Shown here: one piece after another, positions 33,903 to 39,030 of the stretch | How positions within the stretch are numbered: position 1 is the stretch's first letter | How the letters are laid out: every line of letters begins with the position of its first letter | UHGV virus genome: UHGV-1520160 | Reading direction: 5' to 3' (one strand) | Source of the DNA: a virus | Length of the DNA stretch: 39,030 nt | Made by a program: the position numbers and the translations under genes | Notes under the pieces: generated by a model | The model's database searches: none | Seen by the model: the letters and a program-made list of their open reading frames with translations, nothing else | Told to the model about the DNA's origin: nothing

Positions 33903-36900
33903 ATGGCTACTTCCACTCCGATTAGAGGCCGCAAGGGCGGCAGTTCCAGTTCCCGTACCCCTACAGAACAGCCAGACGATCTCCAGTCCGTAGCGAAGGC
34001 CAAGATTCTTGTTGCGCTGGGAGAAGGGGAATTTGCGGGGCAGTTAACGGCTAAAGATATCTATCTTGACGGCACGCCACTGGAGAATGCAGACGGATCG
34101 CAAAACTTCAGCGGCGTGGCATGGGAGTTCCGCCCGGGGACTCAGGCTCAAAAGTATATTCAGGGCATCCCCGGTACCGAGAATGAAATCAGCGTAGGTA
34201 CCGAAGTTTCAAGCGCTACGGCCTGGACGCATACCTTTACCAACACCCAGCTGTCAGCCATTCGTCTGCGCCTCAAATGGCCATCACTGTTTAAACAGGA
34301 GGACGACGGCGATCTGGTCGGCTATTCGATTAATTACGCTATCGATCTGCAGACAGATGGCGGTACCTGGCAGACCGTGCTTAATACCAGCGTCACCGGG
34401 AAAACCACGTCAGGCTACGAACGCAGCCACCGTATCGACTTACCGCAGGCGGGAAGCACCTGGACGGTACGTCTTCGTAAGCTCACCGCAGATGCGAACA
34501 GTGCGAAAATTGGCGACACGATGACGCTGCAGAGCTACACGGAGGTAATCGATGCCAAACTGCGCTATCCAAACACCGCGCTGCTGTACATTGAATTCGA
34601 TTCAAGCCAGTTTAACGGCTCCATCCCGCAAATTTCCTGTGAACCGCGCGGGCGCGTTATCCGCGTGCCGGATACTTACGATCCGGAAACCCGGACCTAT
34701 AGCGGTACCTGGACGGGGGCGTTTAAGTGGGCATGGACGGACAATCCGGCGTGGATTTTTTACGATCTGGTGGTGAGCGACCGTTTTGGACTTGGCGACC
34801 GCCTGACGGCGGCAAATATTGATAAATGGACGCTTTACCAGGTCGCACAATATTGCGATCAGCTGGTTCCTGATGGTAAAGGCGGTAGCGGCACCGAGCC
34901 TCGCTATACCTGTAACGTGTACGTGCAGGAGAGGAATGACGCCTATACCGTGTTACGTGATTTTGCGGCGATATTCCGTGGCATGACGTACTGGGGCGGC
35001 AATCAAATCGTTGCACTGGCAGATATGCCCCGCGATGTTGATTACAGCTACACCCGCGCTAACGTGGTTGACGGCCGCTTTACCTATTCTGGCAGCACCA
35101 CTAAAAACCGCTATACCACCGCGCTGGTTTCCTGGTCAGATCCGGGTAATGCCTACGCAGATGCGATGGAGCCGGTTTTTGAACAGGAGCTCGTCGCTCG
35201 CTTTGGCACAAACCAGCTCGAGATGACAGCCATTGGCTGTACCCGGCAGTCTGAGGCAAACCGTAAGGGGCGCTGGGGGATTCAGACCAATAACAAGGAT
35301 CGCATCGTATCGTTTGATGTTGGTCTGGACGGCAACATTCCACAGCCTGGTTATATTATCGCGGTTGCCGATGAGCTGTTATCCGGAAAGGTGATGGGAG
35401 GGCGTATCAGCGCGGTTAATGGTCGCGTTATCACGCTTGATCGTGATTCCGCTGCCGTTGCCGGAAGCCGTCTTATGGTTAACCTGCCGTCTGGCGCATC
35501 GCAGAGCAGGACGATTCAGAGCGTAAACGGCCGGGCTGTCACCGTGACCACGGCATACAGCGAAACACCGGCAGTCGAATCGGTATGGATTGTCGAATCC
35601 GACGAGCTTTATGCACAGCAATATCGTGTTATCAGCGTCTCTGATAATAACGACGGCACGTTTTCTATTACTGGTGCTTTTCACGATCCGGATAAGTATG
35701 CCCGTATCGATACCGGCGCCATCGTCGACCAGCGGCCAATAAGTGTAATTCCGCCCGGTAATCAGTCCCCGCCAGCTAATATCGCGATCAGTTCGTTTTC
35801 TGTCGTTCAGCAGAATATCAGCGTTGAGACCATGTGCGTCAGCTGGGACCAGGCGAAAAATGCTATCGCGTATGAGGCACAGTGGCGTCGCAATGACGGG
35901 AACTGGGTGAATGTGCCGCGCAGCTCCACCACGTCATTCGATGTTCCGGGGATTTATGCAGGACGCTACCTGGTTCGCGTGCGTGCCATCAATGCCGCCG
36001 AAATTTCATCTGGGTGGGGCTATTCAGAAGAGAAAACGTTGACGGGTAAAGTGGGAAACCCACCGAAGCCGGTTGGCTTCATCGCTTCTGAAAACGTGGT
36101 ATTCGGTATTGAGCTGAACTGGGGATTCCCGGCGAATACCGAAGACACGCTGAAGACGGAAATTCAGTACAGCCTGACCGGTACTGAAGACGATGCCATG
36201 CTGCTGGCCGATGTGCCTTACCCGCAGCGCAAATATCAGCAGATGGGCCTTAAGGCTGGGCAGATTTTCTGGTACCGCGCGCAGCTGGTGGACCGCAGCG
36301 GCAACGAATCAGGGTACACAGAATGGGTGCGAGGACAGGCCAGCATCGATGTTTCCGATATCACAGATGTGATTCTGGAGGAAATTAAAGACTCCGATAC
36401 GTTCAAAGACCTGATCGAGAACGCGGTGGACAGCAATGAAAAAATTGCTGGCATGGCTGACGACATCAAACAGGCCAACGATGAACTTGAGCTCCAGGCG
36501 CAGGAAATCGCAAAAAACGCGCAGGACATTGGGCAGGTTCAGACCAGTGTTAATGAGCTTTCGAGCACGGTCGGTGATGTATCTTCCTCTCTATCAGATC
36601 TTGAGCAGACCGTCGCAACGGCTGATACCGCGCTGGGCCAGCGAATCGACAGCATCAGCGTGTCTATGGACGGCATGACGGGCGGGGTTAAGAACTCAGC
36701 CATTGCCATTATCCAGAACGGGCTGGCGCAGGTGGCCACACGCAAAAGGCTTTCCGCGACGGTCGCCGGTAACAGTGCGCAGCTGGATCGTATTGATGAG
36801 GTAATCGTTAACGAGAAGGAGGCAACGGCGCGCTCTCTGCTGAGCCTGCAGACGGATGTCAACGGCAACAAGGCATCCATAAACAGCCTGAATCAGACGT

Positions 36901-37454
36901 TCTCCGACTATCAGCAGGCAACGGCCACGCAGATAAACGGCATTACGGCTACGGTGAACGGGCATACCTCAGCCATCACCACTAACGCTCAGGCTATAGC
37001 CAACGTTAATGGCGAACTCAGCGCGATGTACAACATCAAGGTTGGTGTCTCCAGCAACGGGCAGTATTACGCCGCGGGGATGGGTATCGGCGTGGAGAAT
37101 ACACCCTCCGGCATGCAGTCACAGGTAATCTTCCTGGCAGACCGTTTCGCCGTGACTACTATGGTCGGCGGGACTGTAACACTGCCGTTCGTTATCCAGA
37201 ATGGCCAGGCCATTATCAGGGATACAGTCATTGGCGACGGGACCATAAGCAATGCAAAAATTGGCAATTACATCCAGTCGAACAATTATGTTGCCGGCTC
37301 TGTTGGCTGGAAACTGGATAAGTCCGGGACGTTTGAGAACTACGGTTCGACAGCTGGGGAGGGAGCCATGAAGCAGACCAACCAGACAATCAGCGTCAAG
37401 GATGGCAACAACGTTCTGAGAGTGCAGGTTGGCCGATTAACGGGGGTGTTCTGA
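33903..37454 (+). CDS. J: tail tip / host specificity protein J; C-terminal region diverged from lambda
   Basis: 1183 aa; collinear with recalled lambda J over the N-terminal and central parts (DNPAWIFYDLVVSDRFGLG...QYCDQLVPDGKGG); distal part has an extended heptad-like region and lacks the recalled lambda C-terminal receptor-binding end. Confidence 0.9.
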   Translation: MATSTPIRGRKGGSSSSRTPTEQPDDLQSVAKAKILVALGEGEFAGQLTAKDIYLDGTPLENADGSQNFSGVAWEFRPGTQAQKYIQGIPGTENEISVGTEVSSATAWTHTFTNTQLSAIRLRLKWPSLFKQEDDGDLVGYSINYAIDLQTDGGTWQTVLNTSVTGKTTSGYERSHRIDLPQAGSTWTVRLRKLTADANSAKIGDTMTLQSYTEVIDAKLRYPNTALLYIEFDSSQFNGSIPQISCEPRGRVIRVPDTYDPETRTYSGTWTGAFKWAWTDNPAWIFYDLVVSDRFGLGDRLTAANIDKWTLYQVAQYCDQLVPDGKGGSGTEPRYTCNVYVQERNDAYTVLRDFAAIFRGMTYWGGNQIVALADMPRDVDYSYTRANVVDGRFTYSGSTTKNRYTTALVSWSDPGNAYADAMEPVFEQELVARFGTNQLEMTAIGCTRQSEANRKGRWGIQTNNKDRIVSFDVGLDGNIPQPGYIIAVADELLSGKVMGGRISAVNGRVITLDRDSAAVAGSRLMVNLPSGASQSRTIQSVNGRAVTVTTAYSETPAVESVWIVESDELYAQQYRVISVSDNNDGTFSITGAFHDPDKYARIDTGAIVDQRPISVIPPGNQSPPANIAISSFSVVQQNISVETMCVSWDQAKNAIAYEAQWRRNDGNWVNVPRSSTTSFDVPGIYAGRYLVRVRAINAAEISSGWGYSEEKTLTGKVGNPPKPVGFIASENVVFGIELNWGFPANTEDTLKTEIQYSLTGTEDDAMLLADVPYPQRKYQQMGLKAGQIFWYRAQLVDRSGNESGYTEWVRGQASIDVSDITDVILEEIKDSDTFKDLIENAVDSNEKIAGMADDIKQANDELELQAQEIAKNAQDIGQVQTSVNELSSTVGDVSSSLSDLEQTVATADTALGQRIDSISVSMDGMTGGVKNSAIAIIQNGLAQVATRKRLSATVAGNSAQLDRIDEVIVNEKEATARSLLSLQTDVNGNKASINSLNQTFSDYQQATATQINGITATVNGHTSAITTNAQAIANVNGELSAMYNIKVGVSSNGQYYAAGMGIGVENTPSGMQSQVIFLADRFAVTTMVGGTVTLPFVIQNGQAIIRDTVIGDGTISNAKIGNYIQSNNYVAGSVGWKLDKSGTFENYGSTAGEGAMKQTNQTISVKDGNNVLRVQVGRLTGVF

Positions 37455-37455
37455 T

Positions 37456-37758
37456 ATGGCTTATGGAATACAGACCTGGGATGCTTCGGGAAACCCCAAC
37501 AACTACGGAATCAAGCCCGTTTCCGTTGTTGGACGTATACAACTTGCCGCCGGACAAAACTCCGGCAGCTGGTCTTTCACTGTACCCTCAGGAATGAAGG
37601 TCGGTTTTGCGCTCTCACTTGATGAAGGAGGTAACAGCGTAGGGAGGAGCATTGTCGCGTCAGGGAACACAATAACCGTAACCGCAGCCTCTTCTGTGGG
37701 CCTGGGTAATTACCCGGCCTCTAAATGTGAGGTGGTCGTTTTCATGGAGAAAGCATAA
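37456..37758 (+). CDS. hypothetical protein (100 aa) sharing a domain with the next gene
   Basis: YGIQTWDASGNPNNYG motif recurs in 37758..38432 (GAMILMDNGNPF and WGLAIWDASGKLVL); tight coupling to the J stop. Confidence 0.45.
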   Translation: MAYGIQTWDASGNPNNYGIKPVSVVGRIQLAAGQNSGSWSFTVPSGMKVGFALSLDEGGNSVGRSIVASGNTITVTAASSVGLGNYPASKCEVVVFMEKA

Positions 37759-38432
37759 TGGCCGAATTTGGCGCGATGATATTAATGGATAACGGGAATC
37801 CCTTTGTAACGCCACAATCAACGCCTTTCTGTCTTTACGGGAAGTATACCTTCAATTCATCCGCGAATGGCAGTTCTCAGCAGGTTGCTCAAAATATCGC
37901 TTTAAACGCTGATTACCCAGTGATGGTTTTTATCAAAACCACCAATACAGCACAGCCCACTCCGGTTATGTCTTACAGGAACGGCGGTAATGTGTATGTT
38001 GCTGGTGTTAATCCCTACAACCAAAGTTTCACTTTAACGGCGTACGTTTTTGCCATATTCCCGCAGATATTACCGAAATGGGGTTTGGCAATATGGGATG
38101 CGAGCGGAAAGCTTGTGTTAACTAATGAGTCCCGTGTGCTATCAGACCTGCAGACGGTTGGCACGCCTGGTGCAAACGGCGGGATAAATATTGACCAGAC
38201 GCTGAGCGGGTCATGGGCCGTTGCACCTGCTCAGTTGGGTCAGACCATCATTGTGAATAATTCAACCCAGCCTCCGACTATCTACACGATAAATGCTTAT
38301 TCTTCATGCAGGTTTGACGGGGCCAATACGAGGATAAACGCAGGGGGGACCTCCACTGGGACAGGTTCACCTGTAGGGGGAACGAATACTGGCATTTCAT
38401 TAACCGCCATAAATACAGCGGCCTATGATTGA
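37758..38432 (+). CDS. hypothetical protein (224 aa) with two copies of the same domain plus Gly/Thr/Asn-rich C-terminus
   Basis: ORF track; internal repeat and paralogy with 37456..37758; C-terminus GGTSTGTGSPVGGTNTGISL. Confidence 0.45.
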   Translation: MAEFGAMILMDNGNPFVTPQSTPFCLYGKYTFNSSANGSSQQVAQNIALNADYPVMVFIKTTNTAQPTPVMSYRNGGNVYVAGVNPYNQSFTLTAYVFAIFPQILPKWGLAIWDASGKLVLTNESRVLSDLQTVGTPGANGGINIDQTLSGSWAVAPAQLGQTIIVNNSTQPPTIYTINAYSSCRFDGANTRINAGGTSTGTGSPVGGTNTGISLTAINTAAYD

Positions 38433-38543
38433 TTGATCGTTTTTAGCGATCAATAACATAATATTGATCTATCCAATCAATTATACCCACCAGAATTGTA
38501 TTGGTATCGTCTAAGATACTGAATTCCTCTGGATACTATCAAA

Positions 38544-38777
38544 ATGAGAAAACTGATTATCTGCATGGCAGGCGCTGTCATGCTTACAGGATGCGCTGGC
38601 GTAATTGAGAAACAGGAACCAGTTTGCAGCGGCACTGCAATCGTTGGCGGTCAGGAAACTACGGTTCAGATTTACGGTGTGCGTAAACAAAACAACCAGA
38701 CGCAGTACCGGGCTGGATATCCTTTCAGCTGGCGCTGGGTAAGTGCGAATACATTTACCGAAACAACCTGCAAATAA
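38544..38777 (+). CDS. small lipoprotein (77 aa); possibly Cor-like superinfection-exclusion protein
   Basis: Signal peptide with lipobox MRKLIICMAGAVMLTGC; AT-rich upstream spacer and terminator downstream; location after tail genes is where cor-type genes sit. Family call is tentative. Confidence 0.45.
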   Translation: MRKLIICMAGAVMLTGCAGVIEKQEPVCSGTAIVGGQETTVQIYGVRKQNNQTQYRAGYPFSWRWVSANTFTETTCK

Positions 38778-38797
38778 CCCACTACGCTTAAACATAA

Positions 38798-38822
38798 ACC
38801 TCGCTCCGGCGGGGTTTTTTTA
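38798..38822 (+). terminator. rho-independent terminator
   Basis: cctcgc-tccg-gcgggg hairpin (one mismatch) followed by ttttttt. Confidence 0.45.
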
Positions 38823-38837
38823 TTGCCTGGAGAAAAT

Positions 38838-39030
38838 ATGCTTTATAACACCGGCACCATCGCCATTAATGGAAATACCGCCACCGGGACGGGTACAAAC
38901 TGGACGGCACCGGCCAGCCAGGTCCGCGCTGGCCAGACGATTATCGTGATGTCTAACCCGGTGCAGCTGTTTCATATTTCATCCGTGAACAGCGCCACGT
39001 CAATGACGGTTACGCCTGCCGCTTCCCCGG
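38838..39030 (+). CDS. hypothetical protein, N-terminal fragment (possible tail fibre); runs off window end
   Basis: ATG at 38838 with GGAG RBS; open to the window end; MLYNTGTIAINGNTATGTGTNWTAPASQ... is Thr/Gly/Asn-rich like fibre N-termini. Confidence 0.3.
   Translation, partial: MLYNTGTIAINGNTATGTGTNWTAPASQVRAGQTIIVMSNPVQLFHISSVNSATSMTVTPAASP

Noticed and set aside
19601-37267. Numerous short ORFs on either strand inside the terminase, head and tail genes (for example 19657..19995, 22677..23012, 26446..26844, 29456..29686, 30356..30688, 34602..34850, 36539..36880)
   Set aside because: Each overlaps a long ORF with clear lambda structural-protein similarity; treated as chance ORFs.
1-39030. 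Search for CRISPR arrays, rRNA or tRNA genes
   Set aside because: No regularly spaced direct repeats with unique spacers and no cloverleaf-like 70-90 nt elements were recognised by eye; tRNAs cannot be excluded without tRNAscan-type analysis.

Overview
This window is a lambdoid prophage from an enterobacterial host, read in prophage order from the excision end to the tail-fibre end. Calls rest on reading the supplied ORF translations against protein families recalled from memory; no database search, GC computation or structure prediction was run. Minus-strand early-left operon (1..5716): an AlpA/Xis-like DNA-binding gene running off the window start, small Cys-rich and hypothetical genes, a Bet/RecT-like annealase, a RecE-like exonuclease VIII and two small genes. 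Immunity region (5928..8181): a short DicA/RacR-type HTH repressor followed on the same strand by an AT-rich two-gene cassette and a terminator, which is the position held by rexA/rexB in lambda; then divergent Cro-like (YdaS-type) and YdaT-like genes with repeated operator-like motifs. Replication and nin-like region (8266..14729): an O-like initiator with four iterons inside the gene, HNH endonuclease, DUF550-like gene, a Gly/Ala-rich membrane protein, a DinI homolog behind a canonical LexA box, YbcN/YbcO/RusA/YlcG-like genes and antiterminator Q. Between Q and the lysis genes there is a convergently oriented two-gene insert (14887..15509). Lysis cassette: holin, SAR-type lysozyme, Rz with embedded Rz1. 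After a lambda-like cos site come near-lambda packaging, head and tail genes Nu1, A, W, B, C, D, E, FI, FII, Z, U, V, G/GT, H, M, L, K, I, J, then two repeat-domain proteins, a small lipoprotein and the start of a probable fibre gene. No CRISPR array, rRNA or tRNA was recognised by eye. The best candidates for an undescribed system are the rex-position cassette (6028..6837) and the Q-holin insert.
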